Notes: generated by a model from the letters alone, not told the origin. DNA of 64,000 bases from the human T2T-CHM13v2.0 reference genome, Homo sapiens (GCF_009914755.1 NC_060937.1), one strand, 5' to 3'; counted from the first letter of the stretch, positions 1 through 13,992 are shown. Program-made: numbers and translations.

Positions 1-2141
1 AACACAATCATGCCTTTCCAACAGTTCCCCAAAGTCTTAACTCTTTCCAACATTAACCCAAAAGTCCAAGGCCAAAGTCTTATCTGAGACAAGGCAAGTC
101 CCTTCCGCCTATGAGCCTGCAAAATTAAAAGCAAGTTAGTTACTTCCTAGATACAGTGGGGGTACAGGCATTGGGTAAATACACCCATTTCAAGTGGGAG
201 AAACTGGCCAAAATGGAGGGGCTACAGGCCCCATGTTAAGTCCAAAATCCAACAGGACAGTCAAATCTTAAAGCTCCGAAATGACCTCCTTTGACTCCAC
301 GTCTCACATCCAGGTCACATTGATGCAAGAGGTGGGCTCCCACGGTCTTGGGCAGCTCTGCCCTTGTGGCTTTGCATGGTTCAGCCCTGCTCCCAGCTGC
401 TTTCATGGGCTGGCAGTGTCTACAACTTTTCAGGCAGACAGTGCAAGGTGTTAGTAGATCTACAGTTCTGGGGTCTGGAAGACGGTGGCCGTCTTCTCAC
501 GGCTCCACTAGGCAGTGTCCTAGTGTGGACTTTTTGTGGGTGCTCCAACCCCACATTTCCCTTCCGCACTGCCCTAGCAGAGGTTCTCCATGAGGGCTCT
601 GCCCCTGCAGCAAACTTCTGCCTGAACATCCAGGAGTTTTCATACATCCTCTGAAATCTAGTCAGTGGTTTCCAAACCTCAGTTCTTAACTTCTGTACCC
701 CTACCTGCATGCCCAACACCACGTGGAAGCTGCCAAAGCTTGAGACTTGCACCATCTGAAGCAATGGCCTGAGCTGTACATTGGCCCGAGCTGTACATTG
801 GCCCCTTCTAGTCATGGCTGGAGCTGAAGCAGCTGGGATGCAGGGCACCATGTCCCGAAGCTGCATAGAGCAGGGGGGCCCTGGGCCTGGCCCCAGGAAA
901 CCATTTTTCTCTCCTAGGGCTCCAGGCCTGTGATTGGAGGGGCTGCTGTGAAGGTCTCTGACATACCCTGGAGACATTTTCACCATTGTCTTGGCAATTA
1001 ACATTTTGCTCCTTGTTACATAGGCAAATTTCTGCAAGAGGCTCAAATTTCTCCCCAGAAAATGAGGTTTTCTTTTCTATCATATTGTCAGGCTGCAAAT
1101 TTTCCAAATTTTATGCTCTACTTCCTCTTGAATGCTTTGCCTCTTAGAAATTTTTCCCCCAGAGTGTAAATTAGTTCAACCATTGTGGAAGATAGTGTGG
1201 CGATTCCTCAAGGATCTAGAACCAGAAATACCATTTGACCCAGCAATCCCATCATTGGGTATATACCCAAAGGATTATAAATCATTCTAATATAAAAACA
1301 CGTGTACGCATATATTTATTGCAGCACTATTCACAATAGCAAAGACTTGGAACCAACCCAAATGCTCATCAGTGATAGGCTGGATAAAGAAAATGAGGCA
1401 CATACACCATGGAATACTATGTAGCCATAAAAAAGTTCATGTCCTTTGCAGGAACATGGATGAAGCTGGAAACCATCATTCTCAGCAAACTAACACAGGA
1501 ACAGAAAACCAAACACCACGTGTTCTCACTCATAAGTGGGAGTTAAACAATGAGAACACATGGACACAGGGAGGGGAACATCACACACCAGGGCCTGTCT
1601 CGGGGTGGGGAGCTAGGGGAGGTATAGCATTAGGAGAAGTACCTAGTGTAGACGAGTTGATGGGTGCAGCAAACCACCATGGCACATGTATACCTGTGTA
1701 ACAAACCTGCACGTTCTGCACATGTATCCCAAAACTGAAAGTATAATTTAAAAAAAAGAAAAAGAAATTTCTTCCCCCAGATACCCTAAATCATCTCTCT
1801 CAAGTTCAAAGTTCCACAGATCTCTAAGGCAGCAGCAAAATGCCACCAGTGTCTTTGCATAGCAAGAGTGACCTTTACTCCAGTTCCCAAGAAGTTCCTC
1901 ATCTCCATCTGAAACTACCTCAGTCAGCCTGGACCTTTTTGTCCATATGACCATTGGCATTTTGGTCAAAGCTCTAGGAAGTTCAACCAGTCTCTAGGAG
2001 GCTCCAAATTTTCACACATTTTCCTGTCTTCTTCTGAGCCCTCCAAATTGTTCTAATCTCTGCCTGTTACTCGGTTCCAAAGTCACTTACACATTTTCAA
2101 GTATCTTCACATCAGTGCCCCACTACCCAGTACTGATTTAC
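1..2141 (-). mobile_element. THE1 (ERVL-MaLR) internal region, interrupted by an L1
   Basis: On the minus strand it begins GTAAATCAGTACTGGGTAGTGGGGCACTG next to the LTR. Typical THE1-int sequence with degenerate MaLR ORF remnants (420..1046, 808..1107, 1748..1969). Runs off the window start. Confidence 0.9.
1164..1762 (+). mobile_element. 5'-truncated L1PA7/8-like 3' end inserted in THE1-int
   Basis: ORF2 end and 3'UTR (GATCTAGAACCAGAAATACC; GGTGCAGCAAACCACCATGGCAC) with A tail. TSD AGAAATTT(C)TTCCCCCAGA at 1146-1163 and 1763-1781. Confidence 0.92.
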
Positions 2142-2513
2142 TGTATTAAGCCATTCTCATGCTGCTAATAAAGACATACCTGAGACTGCTATCTATAAAA
2201 GAAAGAGGTTTAATTGATTCACAGATCCACAGAGCTGGGGAGGCCTCAGGAAACTTACAATCATGGTGGAAGGGTAAGCAAACAACATGTCTTTCTTCAC
2301 ATGGCGGCAGCAAGGAGAAGTGCAGAACAAAGGGGGGAAAGCCCCTTATAAAACCATCAGATTTTGTGAGAACTCACTGTCACGAGAACAGCATGAGCGT
2401 AACCACGCCCATGATTAATACCTCCCACCAGGTTCTTCTGATGACATGTGGGGATTATGGGAACTACAGTTGAGGATGAACTTTGGATGGGAACACAAAG
2501 CCTAACCATATCA
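2142..2513 (-). mobile_element. THE1C/THE1D-type 5' LTR
   Basis: Minus strand reads TGATATGGTTAGGC...TTAATACA with TG..CA termini, 372 bp, including CTGAGGCCTCCCCAGC and CAATTAAACCTCTTTC. Confidence 0.9.
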
Positions 2514-2799
2514 ACAAGTATATCAAAGAAGAATCAAAGAATTCACAAAAATGATTCAAATACAATCAGTCTACTCTTAGGTTCCTGATGGATGTGTTAT
2601 TAGCTATATTTAACATATTGAAGAAGAAAAACAGAGAACATACTGAATACTGTAATATATGATATGACCATTCTTGAAATCACATTTTCACTAAGTGATT
2701 AAGCTTTTGGAAAACTGGCCACAAAGTTGACCTGAGACTGATTTGGAAGATTGGGGCTGATTTGTATGTAAATATAATCCTTTATAATTAAAAATGTAA

Positions 2800-3130
<331 letters not shown>

Positions 3131-4186
3131 AACGAATAGCTTTCATACTTTTTTGACCATGACCTGTAGTATGAAGTGTACCTTACATAGCAACCCAGTG
3201 CCCAAATATATGTTGTGTATTTGTGTGTGTGTGTATCTGAAACAATATCCTTACTATGTACAGTACATTCTATTAGTTGCTATTCTGTTCTGTTTCTTTT
3301 TTTATTATTATTTTTTTAACACTGTTTGCAACCTATGTGTGAAAACACTCATTTGGATAAATGTGTAATATTTTCATCTTATGGAAGCCTTCATGAAAAA
3401 TCAGTTTTAGAATTGAAAAAGAAAGGTGAAAAAGTAAGAATGATTATAAAGGATACTAGAGAAATATGGAGTCATCGGGTGTGACTGTTGTATAAATATC
3501 CAGAATGCTTCCTAGACGTGTTTGTCTACTATGTGTAGGAGCAAGCTAATCCAACCTCTATATCATTTTGAATTAATACTGCGTACTGCTGAAATAATTG
3601 TTATGTATCCCCATATTTTTGTCCTGTCCCTTTTCTGCCCCTTTGAGCAATCTTGAACAAATTGGCTGTGGTTTTCTTAGTTGGTTGGAATTAGTATCAT
3701 TTACAAATTTGAATAATTCTAGTCTGTACTCTATTCCTCCGAATTATTTATAATACAGCTATATGGCTAAGACTCAGAGAACCCCAATACTTTCATTCTT
3801 TATCTAGAGAGGTGTTTAGACCACGTCTTCAAAAAAAGGTACCCCTCCAATTCAATAGTGATTTCCTTTGAAAAATCTTATTTTGAACTTTGTTGACTTT
3901 TTTGAAGGCCTCCTATTTATGTGTTAACATTTTAATCACTCAGTTACATAGTTCTTGAGGAACTGCAATAAATAGCAAGAATTCCCACTGCAGAAACCGT
4001 GTTACTTTTTCTCAAATAAATTTGTTTATTTATGGCTTTTTATACACAGAGCACTTGCCTTAGAATAACTTATAAAAGTAGTGTTACCGTAAACTGTTCT
4101 AGCCCGTCATGCCATTTAGCTCATCATAAGAAATAAAGTATGTTTAGTAATAATGTTTGTTAAGTGTTAAGCAGTACTAATATCAA

Positions 4187-4400
4187 ATTCATTCTTTCAA
4201 CAAATATTTATTGAGTACCTATTATGGGCCAGGCATTTGTTCTAGGTTCTGGGGATGATTAGTGAATAAGACACAGAAATTCCTGCCCTTTGGTGCTCAT
4301 ACTGGAGTTGGGGAGAAACAGAGATTTTTTGTCAAGTGAAATATATACTCATTTAGAACCTAACGGGTTATATGAAGAAAAACAAGCAATGAAGAAGATT
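4187..4400 (-). mobile_element. L2 3' end fragment
   Basis: ATTCATTCTTTCAACAAATATTTATTGAGTACCTATTATGGGCCAGGCA is the L2 terminus in antisense. Confidence 0.75.
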
Positions 4401-4799
4401 GCGGACAGTTCATCCTGCCTGTAGTTCCCAGCCCACTGGGCATGTAGGAGGCTCAAAGTGAGTGCCGTGGTTTTTAAGTTTCTTCTGAAAGTGGCCAATC
4501 AGCAAGGAAAAAGGCATCAGACCTATAGATGCTGCATGAATGTAGGTATTCAGGCAAAAAGCAATCAGATATCTCTAGTATGGAAGAATGGTTGTGAAGC
4601 ATATTTCTTTGTGGATAATTAGTCACATTTATTTATCATTTGTGTGTGTGCCTGTGTACACACACATCAGTGCACACATGCGTGTGCCTTTAATACACCT
4701 TATTTATCTTTGGGTCGTAGGGGAGAGGGATTCTTTTGTGTTCACATTCTGGGTTATTTTTAATAATTGCCTTATTTTTTGTTATTGGGAAGCAGTAAC

Positions 4800-4930
4800 A
4801 AGTATTGCCTGAACATGATTCTGGAACCAGACTCACTGGATTCAAATCTCAGCTTTGGCAATTACTAGCTATGTAAATTTGGAAAAGTTTTTTAACTTCT
4901 TTGGTTTCAGTGTCCTCATTTGTAAAATGT
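4800..4930 (+). mobile_element. MIR
   Basis: GGATTCAAATCTCAGCT...TTTCAGTGTCCTCATTTGTAAAATG, the MIR core. Confidence 0.75.
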
Positions 4931-5069
4931 TAAGTTCCAAATAAAGCAACTTTCATTGAAATATTTCCTCAGAAAATGCAGGGGTTTATTTTTTTAAAAA
5001 CAGATTGTGTCTTATAATATCTAAGGGGTGGAAAAACAGGACAGAAGAGAAAAGGTAACGTTTAAAAAT

Positions 5070-5300
5070 AGGCAAAGACAATCTGAAAGGGCTACGTACG
5101 GTATGATTCCAACTATGTAACATGCTGGAAAAGACAAAACTATGGAGTCAGTAAAACAGCAGTTGCCAAAAGTTAGGAAGACTCCACCATGCCTGGCTGG
5201 TGTCGTGCATTCTATGGGGTTTAGACAGATGCATAATGACATGTGTCTGTCATTATATTATCACACAGAGTAGTTTCACTGCCCTAAAAATCCCGTGTTC
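5070..5300. mobile_element. Two old L1MC/MD 3'UTR fragments in opposite orientations
   Basis: 5070-5177 is + (GTATGATTCCAACTAT...GGAAAAGACAAAACTATGGAG). 5195-5300 is - (AGTAGTTTCACTGCCCTAAAAATCC). Confidence 0.65.
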
Positions 5301-5542
5301 TGCCTCCCAGGCTCAAGCAATTCTCATGCATCAGCCTTCCAAGTAGCTGGGACTACAGGCGTGCACCACCAAACCTGGCTAATTTTAGTATTTTTAGTAG
5401 AGACGGGGTTTCACCATATTGGCCAGGCTGGTCTTGTTGGCCATGTTGGCCAGGCCTCAAGTGAGCCGCTTGCCTCGGCCTCCCCAGGTGCATGAGCCAC
5501 TGCATCCAGCTTTAATTTCTTTTAATTTCTTTCTTTCTTTTC

Positions 5543-5575
<33 letters not shown>

Positions 5576-5878
5576 TGAGATGGAGTCTTGCTCTGTTGCC
5601 TCGTCTGGAGTGCGGTGACACAATCGCGGCTCACTGCAACCTCTGTCTCCTCAGTTCAAGCTGTTCTGCCAGGTTCAAGCGATTATCCCACCTCAGTCTC
5701 CCAAATGGCTGGGATTACAGGCACACACCACCATGCCCAGCTAATTTTTGTATTTTTAGTAGAGACAGGGTTTTGCCATGTTGGCCAACCTGGTCTCAAG
5801 CTCCTGACCTCAGGTGATCCACCTGCCTTGGCCTCCCAAAGTGCTGAGATTACAGGCGTGAACCACCATGCCTGGCCC
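5298..5878 (-). mobile_element. Two Alus: a tail-less rearranged copy (about 5298-5508) and an AluS (about 5535-5878)
   Basis: Alu motifs in both. The second has TSD AGCTTTAAT(T/C)TCTTT and an internal duplication around GTTCAAGC. Confidence 0.88.
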
Positions 5879-5879
5879 A

Positions 5880-8436
5880 GCTTTAATCTCTTTATGTTGG
5901 TTTTCACCTTTCTTTCATATCTCCTTGAGTAACTTATTAGTCAGCCTTTTAAATTATTTGTCTAGTATTTCAAATTATTTATCTAGTATTATCTTGGTTT
6001 GGATCCACTGCTGGAGAGCTGTTGTGATCTTTTGGGGGTGTTATATAATCCCGTTTTTTTCATATTGCCAGAATTATTTTTCTGGTTTCTTCTTATTGGG
6101 GTAGACTATTTTGTCTACCCCAGTGAGAAGGAACTTATTTATTTCTAATTCAACTGAGTTTTTTTTTTTTTAGTTTTTTTTTACTCGTTGGGGATGTGAC
6201 TTTATGGTTTCTTAGCTAGCTTTGACTCAGCATTTTCAGTGTGAAGACTCTGTATGAGTTCCTTAGTTGTAGAGAATCTTTGTGTGATGGCTTTCTCAGA
6301 TGCTGATGATAGTAGTGATGTGCTGGATTTGTGAGCAGGTTCACTGTCTCCTGTGGGGCTGGAATGGCAGAGGTCTCATGAAGCTTCTCTCATTCCCTAG
6401 TGATGTGCCCTTAAGAAAAAAAAAAAAAAATCCCCAGTATTTTATTCACATGGTTGAACAGTGCAAGCTTGAGGCCAGTAGGAGGTGCCCATAGGTAAAA
6501 ACCAGCTTCTACTAAAGCAGGTGGATAAATGCCATACTTAATAGTGAGCAGAGCTCCCAGCCTTGACAGAAGCAGCTGGGGAAGGTCTATGAAATGCACT
6601 GAGGTCTTTTCAGGGAGAAGGGAGGGAGCCACCACAGCTCTCCTTCCAGGCCAACAGGAAAGTAATACACCTCCCAGGCACACTCCTGACCTGCTGTTCC
6701 AGCTGTTCAAATCAGAAAGGCATCTCTTTTCATCTGCAGGAATACTGATGTTCCATGTAGACTTTCCCCCTATGAGCCCAGCACTGCACCTGTGCCTCTG
6801 ATGAAAAACAACTTCCCACAAGTGGAAAGTTCAGGGACTCAAGGCCTGCAGACTGGTTTCTTTTGTCCCACACGGTGCCTCCGTAATGTGCGGCACTCCC
6901 CCTTTACCTGGAGGGCCAGACTACTGTGAATCCTGCTACTCCTCTGGGTCTAGCTGCTCAGTGGGACTCCCACACTCCAGGATGGTACTGGAGAATATCT
7001 GCCAAGGATCCAGTGATGTGACCTGTCCTCTACTCTCCCAGCAGCGGGTACCAGCACCAGTTCTGATGGGGGTAGGAGAGGAGTGACGTAGACTCTGAGA
7101 TTTCCTTAGTTACAAATAACCTTAGTGTTGGCTTTCTCAGATGCCAGCAGTAGCAGTAATGTACTGGGCACATGGACAGACTCAAGACCTCCTGGTTAGC
7201 CGAGGCAATGCAGGCAATGGCAACAGCTGAGGGCATGCAGAAGTTTTCTCCTTCCTGAGTGCTGTGTTATTCTGCCTTCAGGTGTCATAATGGGCTGTGC
7301 CTGGCTACCAGCCAGGAGGTGGTGCTTGCAAAAGAGTACCGGGTGCGGTGGTAGTAGTGGAATTTGTGCTTGCCTTATGTTACCCAGGGCCGGCACTCTG
7401 GGGTCTCAGGCAATGGGCGGGGCTATGGAGCCTCCAAATATCCCTGTCCATTGTGTTATGCTACCAGGGCTCATAAAGTGGCAAAGCCTGGTGAGGACTG
7501 GACCAGGCAAGTCCTCACTCAGGCTCTCCAGGTACAAGCACAAGCAGTGTCCCCAGTGGGGATCAGAGAACAGCTTTCTGGCCACTGGGGTAATGTTCCA
7601 GAGGGGAGCAGAGCTGCCTCTGGTGCACAGAAGAATCCACACAGGGAGTGGGAGCAGGAGGGAGTAGTAGAAGGCAGTAAGGCCCACTCAGCTCCCATGC
7701 ACTTGGCACAGCAAGTCCCATACCCTCAGTATTCTGCTAACAGCAACTAGCTGTGTTCCAGGCAGTCTACACTTAGAACACAAAACTGCCCCAAGCAGTA
7801 AGCCTTCCTGCCAGCGATAGAAACCAGGCTTTCAGGCCATGCCCCTCCCTATCCACCTGCGAAGCAGGGGCGCCCAACTTCTGCACTATAGCACACTTCA
7901 TGCCAGCCCCCTGGTTCTGGCCGACAGGGTTAGTCTCCACTTAAAATCATATTGCGAATCTCAGGAGCTCTTTTCAACCTGTTACTACAGCCTGAGTTAC
8001 TGAGCAGACTTCTGTGAGGTAGGATCAGGAATGGCTTTCCTCCATCCCCGCTGGAATCTGGTAGTGCGTGCAAAGCACATCCTGATGCCACTCCTTCTCA
8101 TGTATTCTCCACGCTCACTAAATTGGCTCCCATACTGAGTAGGGTTAAGGCCTTCCCCTGTGGCCTGGGCTGCCCAGCTTTGCTGTGGGAGTGTGTGTTC
8201 TGGTGGCTGAGTCTCCCCATCTTATGCTCTGGAGATTCAGAGTTTTCCATCTGGTTCACAGTGTAGGCTGCTGCCACCACTTCTTTTAAAGGATCTGTGG
8301 TTTTTTTCAGTTCTTCTGTTAAATTCTTGTGTTGCTTCTTGTGAAAAAAAGTTCACAGTGTGAATCTCTACACATACTTTGTTTTTCCAAGTAGGAGAGG
8401 TATGCTAACACTGTCTCCAGTCCACCATCATGTCTT
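5880..8436 (-). mobile_element. L1PB-family (L1PBa/b-like) 5'UTR and start of ORF1
   Basis: Minus strand starts ...ATGATGGTGGACTGGAGACAGTGTTAGC...GAGATTCACACTGTGAACTTTT. TTCTTTTGTCCCAC, CTCTGGGTCTAGC and TCATATTGCCAGAATT motifs resemble the L1PB 5' region. Confidence 0.75.
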
Positions 8437-8891
8437 GGTATCCTCCCTACAGTACTCCCAGTATCTGCAGGTCACAGAGCCACAGAGGCTGTGGCAGAGC
8501 CACCTGGATCCTCTAGGATTGGAGGAAACAGAGCAATGGAGATAGGACCTGGAGTTGGGAGGGCAGATGCTCAGAAATTATTATTAACTGTTATCACTCT
8601 GTTACTTATTTTTGAGGTTGTTCTGATATGGAATTACATATAAAGTAATATTTTAATTATGTTGGACATAACATTTATCTTCCATATGAATGGCTGATTC
8701 ATTACATGGACAAAACATTTCACTTTCATTGTAGTAGTAGCTCTGTGTCTAACCTTGCCAAGTGCTTAATCCAGGAAGTCTTGGTTATGGTTCATTCTGG
8801 GAAAAAATTCAGTTAATATGGATCCAGACAGTATGCTAGTATTTGTTATTTAAATCATGCTTGTATAGGTGCAAACACCAGGTCATATAAA

Positions 8892-8894
8892 TGT

Positions 8895-8935
<41 letters not shown>
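8892..8935. repeat. (TG)n microsatellite
   Basis: About 20 TG units with one or two interruptions. Confidence 0.95.
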
Positions 8936-8936
<1 letters not shown>

Positions 8937-10354
8937 ACATTACCAAATGCCAACCACCACTGAAGTGGGAAAAACAATGACTTATTTATAAATTATATTC
9001 TGTTTATACGTCAAACAAATAAGGTAATTGTTTAAATTTTTTACCTGCCGGTTGTTCCTCGAAAACTCATGAGTGACTATAATTTTTTTCGTTTCAGAGC
9101 TATTTGAAAATCACAATGCAAATTCTTTATACACACACATACATACACACACACACACATCCCAATCAGCAATGTTATACAGTTGAACCACATTAAAATT
9201 AATTTCTCAAAGGTAGCTTTGAAGGAGAAAGAAGTTGCAAACACTTGAACTCAAATTCTGTTCTCTAACCCTAATCTCCTTTCCTTCCAGCTCTCCTAGT
9301 TCTTTCATTCCCACTAAATTTGTACTTTATTTGGACTCATTACAAGTCCCTGTCTCATAAAGCCCTTCCATATTTTTCCAATCTGTCAAGCCCCTCCTCG
9401 TTTTACTTTTCTTCCTGCCTATCCTTGGACTTTGTCAGCCATCTGAGTACTAGAATTCACCATCTCTCTAGATTGCTTTGTGGCCAAATTTATACAGCAG
9501 GCTTTTCTTGACAATTTCTACCTTTAGCATATTATCTTACAATCTGATAATTAGCCTATAAATATTTAATGGAAGAAAGGCAAGAGAGAGAAAATTCTTA
9601 GGTTTTGCAGTAACAATACTGAAAAATTCTTGTGGAAATCTGTGTGACTCGTCCTGCTTGGAAGCATTATGAATTCATGTTATTGAATATCAACTAGGCC
9701 CTTAACTACTGTTGCCCAGTGTTTTTATTTTTCTGTCTCCATCCTATTTCCCATTATCTCCATTGCAGATCACTTCTAATCCCAAAGCTATCAATTCTAT
9801 TATCTGTCTCCTTTTTTCAGTATCTCTCCTTACCCTTTTTCTCCTCTTTAGTACCCCCTTCAAAGTATGTGTGTGTATGTGTGTGTGTGACCAAATGCCA
9901 ACCACCACTGACACACATACATACATGGGGGAAGTGGTATTGGCATAGGCAACTTTCAAAAGTTAATACCCTATCTTTGTGCTTAATTTATTCTTCTCTC
10001 CTCCCATGTCAGCTACACTCTCCTCAGTGGTCATTAATGACCTCTGAATGGCCAGCATTTTCTTCTCAGAGCCTATACAATTTGATCTATCTGTGGCATG
10101 GCATTATGGATATTCTAGAAATTCTGTCCTGTTTTGGCATTACAACACAATTCTCCCTGGCTCTCGTCCTGTAACTCTGATGGCTCTTTAGTCTATTTAG
10201 CTGATGTCTTCATCTTCTAGCCCTTAAATGTAGGTGTCCCTCGGGTGCCTGCCCTTTTCTCTGTTCTTACACCTCAGGAGAGATTCTAAAACATTAGACG
10301 AAGTCTAGAATCAAGCCCAGTGAGTATAAGAATCATCAAAAATTCTAGCTGGAA

Positions 10355-11212
10355 GAAAAAAACCCCATCAAAAAGTGGGCTAAGGACATGAATAGACAGT
10401 TCTCAAAAGAAGATATACAAATGGCAAACAAACATGTAAAAAATGCTCAACATCACTAATTATCAGGGAGATGCAAATCAAAACTGCAAAGTGATACCAC
10501 CTCACTCCTGCAAGAATGGCGTAATGAAAAAAATTTTTAAAAAATAGATATTGGCATGGATGTGGTGAAAAGGGAAAACTTTTTCACTGCTGGTGAGAAT
10601 GTAAACTAGTACAACCAATATGGAAAACTGTGTAGCTTCCTTAAAGAACTAAAAGTAGATCTACCATTTGATCCAGCAATCCCACTACTGGGTATCTGCC
10701 CAGAGAAAAAGAAGATATTATACGAAAAAGATACTTGCACACTCATATTCATAGCAGCACAATTCACAATTGCAAAAATATGGAACCAGCTCAAATGCCC
10801 ATCAGTCAATGAGTGGATAAAGAAAATGTGGTATGTATATATACCATGGAATATTACTCAGCCATAAAAAGGAATGAAATAACGGCATTCACACAACCTG
10901 GATGGAGTTGGAGACCATTATTCTAAGTGAAGTAACTCAGGAATGGAAAACCAAACATCATACGCTCTCACTTACAAGTCACAGCTAAGCTATGAGAATG
11001 CAAAGGCATAAGAATGATACAGTGGACTTTGGGGACTCATGGGGAAGGGTGGGAGCAGGGTGGAGGATACAAGGGTACACATTGGGTACAGTGTACACTG
11101 CTCAGGTGATGGGTGCACCGAAATCTCAGAAATCACCACTAAAGATCTTAATCATGTAACCAAATACCACCTGTTCTCCAAAAACTCTTGAAATAAAAAA
11201 ATAATAATAAAA
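10355..11212 (+). mobile_element. L1PB (PB3/PB4-like) 3' end
   Basis: AAAAGTGGGCTAAGGACATGAATAGACA...GGGTGCACCGAAATCTCAGAAATCACCACTAAAG...GAAATAAAAAA; flanked by AAAATTCTA on both sides. Confidence 0.9.
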
Positions 11213-11220
11213 TTCTAAGC

Positions 11221-11660
<440 letters not shown>

Positions 11661-11662
<2 letters not shown>

Positions 11663-11862
11663 GAATCACGTAAGATTCTTGTTTAAAATGTAAAACAGGC
11701 TTCTAGATCCTGCCCTCAGAGGTTGTGATTAAGTAAGTCTAGAATGAAGTCCAGAAATCTGGATTTTTAACAAGCTCTGCAGTGAACTATGATTCCGCCA
11801 CTGCACTCCAACCTTGGATGACAAAGCAAGACCCTATCTCAAAAAAAAAAAAAAAAAAAAAA
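11661..11862 (+). mobile_element. MER5-like fragment fused to an Alu 3' end
   Basis: AAGAATCAC...CAGAAATCTGGATTTTTAACAAGCTC runs into GCAGTGAACTATGATTCCGCCACTGCACTCC and an A tail. Confidence 0.65.
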
Positions 11863-12500
11863 GGAATGCAGGGCCACAATTTGAAGTAGTAATGTTCTAT
11901 AGTTCTATCTACTTCAATGACTTCAGTCATCACTTCCATGCTGGTTACTCTCAAGTATTTTAACATCCCATTCATGAATTTTCCTTACTTGGACCATACT
12001 TTGTGGATCTTAAGACCAAAAGCGGAGCTGATAATCAACTACCATGTCCTTGCTTTAATTATTGACATAATAAAATACTAGCAGAAACACTGGTAAATAG
12101 CTCTACACTAAGATCCCACTGTCCGTTCCACCACAGTCTCATCTGTCCTGTGGCCCCTCTCCAGAGACCTGCCTGTAATCCAGCGACAAAGAGGTCATAC
12201 CTGAGACACAGAGTTTCACCAATATTTTAATTGGTTGAAATGTATCAGTTAAATATTACCGCTGTTAAAGATGATAATGTTAATCACGTGGGAACATGAG
12301 AGAAGGAACTGGTATTAGTAGGGAGGATTACAAGTTCAAGACGTAAAATGATTTACGTACTAATTTGGATGGAGTGGCCTACATCAAGTCCAAGATCACT
12401 AGGACTGTATTCTTCAAATCTGGCTGATTATCAGAATCTGAGACCCAACCCTGAGAAATTTTGATTCAGTAGGACTGGGGCCCACCAGAATCACTAGTAG

Positions 12501-12869
<369 letters not shown>

Positions 12870-13792
12870 TAGAGAAGTTGTACCAAAGTGTTGCCCCCCT
12901 ATCGGACCTCAAGCAGGCCTTTTTCATTCCTAGCACGATTAAAAAGATTAAGCAAGGATATGTGACTGATTCTGTACAAACTACCACCACTGCTAGAAAG
13001 TATCACTTGCATATATTTTATAGACAGAAAGCAACTCAATGTTAAATTCCACTCAGCAGTATTCATTTTATTCCTGGCAATAAAGAACTTCATTTCTAGT
13101 TTCTGTGAAAGTAAACTCCCCAAGGAAAAAAACTCCACATGTAGGAAAAACATGCAGCAAAATGTAGTCACCTTTATATTAGTTTATTTGAATTTTAAGA
13201 GAAAAATTGTAATTTTAGATTCTCATCTAAGTTAAATTAGTACTTGAATCAAAAGATATAATGATGTTTTAATCAGGGGTTACTTTTCTCTGAATCATAT
13301 GTACAGGTTATTGAAACAAAGGAAGAATAACATTTCTGTAAAATGTTGTGTCATGGGTTTTATCTAGAGTCACTTATTACGTATATGATTCCTGAGTCAC
13401 TAATTACTAAGGCTTTCCTATAAGGAAAAGATTACTAACAATAGGCAATGTGAGCAATTGCAAAACTTTTTGAATAGTAATTATTATAGGTACAGAAAGA
13501 TTTTTGAAAACTCTATTGAAGGAATTAAATTCTAATAAATTATGTTTATTTCAAACATGGAATTAGCATCACTTTTTATTCAGAGATATGTACTTTTTTC
13601 CTGACAAATGAAAATCAACTTTGGGGATTTAGAAGCCTACAAACAGGTTTATAAAGAAATGTATCTGTAACACTAACAGCATTATTATAGTATTTATTAT
13701 CCAGAGTAAGGCGGTTATAGGTTTTATGTTAAAGATACCTTTTGAAAGTAAGGCTTCTGGCCCTTAACTTTGTTTATAATACTAAAACCTTT

Positions 13793-13940
13793 AGCCGGGC
13801 ATGGTGGTGCATGCCTGTGGTCCTGGCGACTCAAGAGGCTGAAGTAGGAGGATCACTTGAGTCTGGGAGGTCGAGGCTGCAGTGAGCTGTGGCTCTGCAC
13901 TCTAGCCTAGGCAACAGAGTGAGATCCTGTCTCAAAAAAA
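13793..13940 (+). mobile_element. Alu right monomer (FRAM-like)
   Basis: Single arm with TSD TAAAACCT. Confidence 0.8.
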
Positions 13941-13992
13941 TATATGTATATATTAAAACCTAATATATGTAACTACTTTCATGAAAAAATTG

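Noticed and set aside
420-1107. 208-aa and 99-aa minus-strand ORFs
   Set aside because: Frameshifted remnants of the THE1 internal ORF, interrupted by an L1; not a host gene.
6300-8280. Cluster of overlapping 60-136-aa ORFs
   Set aside because: Chance ORFs in the GC-richer L1PB 5'UTR.
5880-11212. Possible twin-primed inverted L1PB (5' part on -, 3' part on +)
   Set aside because: 1.9 kb of unrelated DNA separates the parts and the 3' piece has its own flanking repeat; two independent insertions are simpler.
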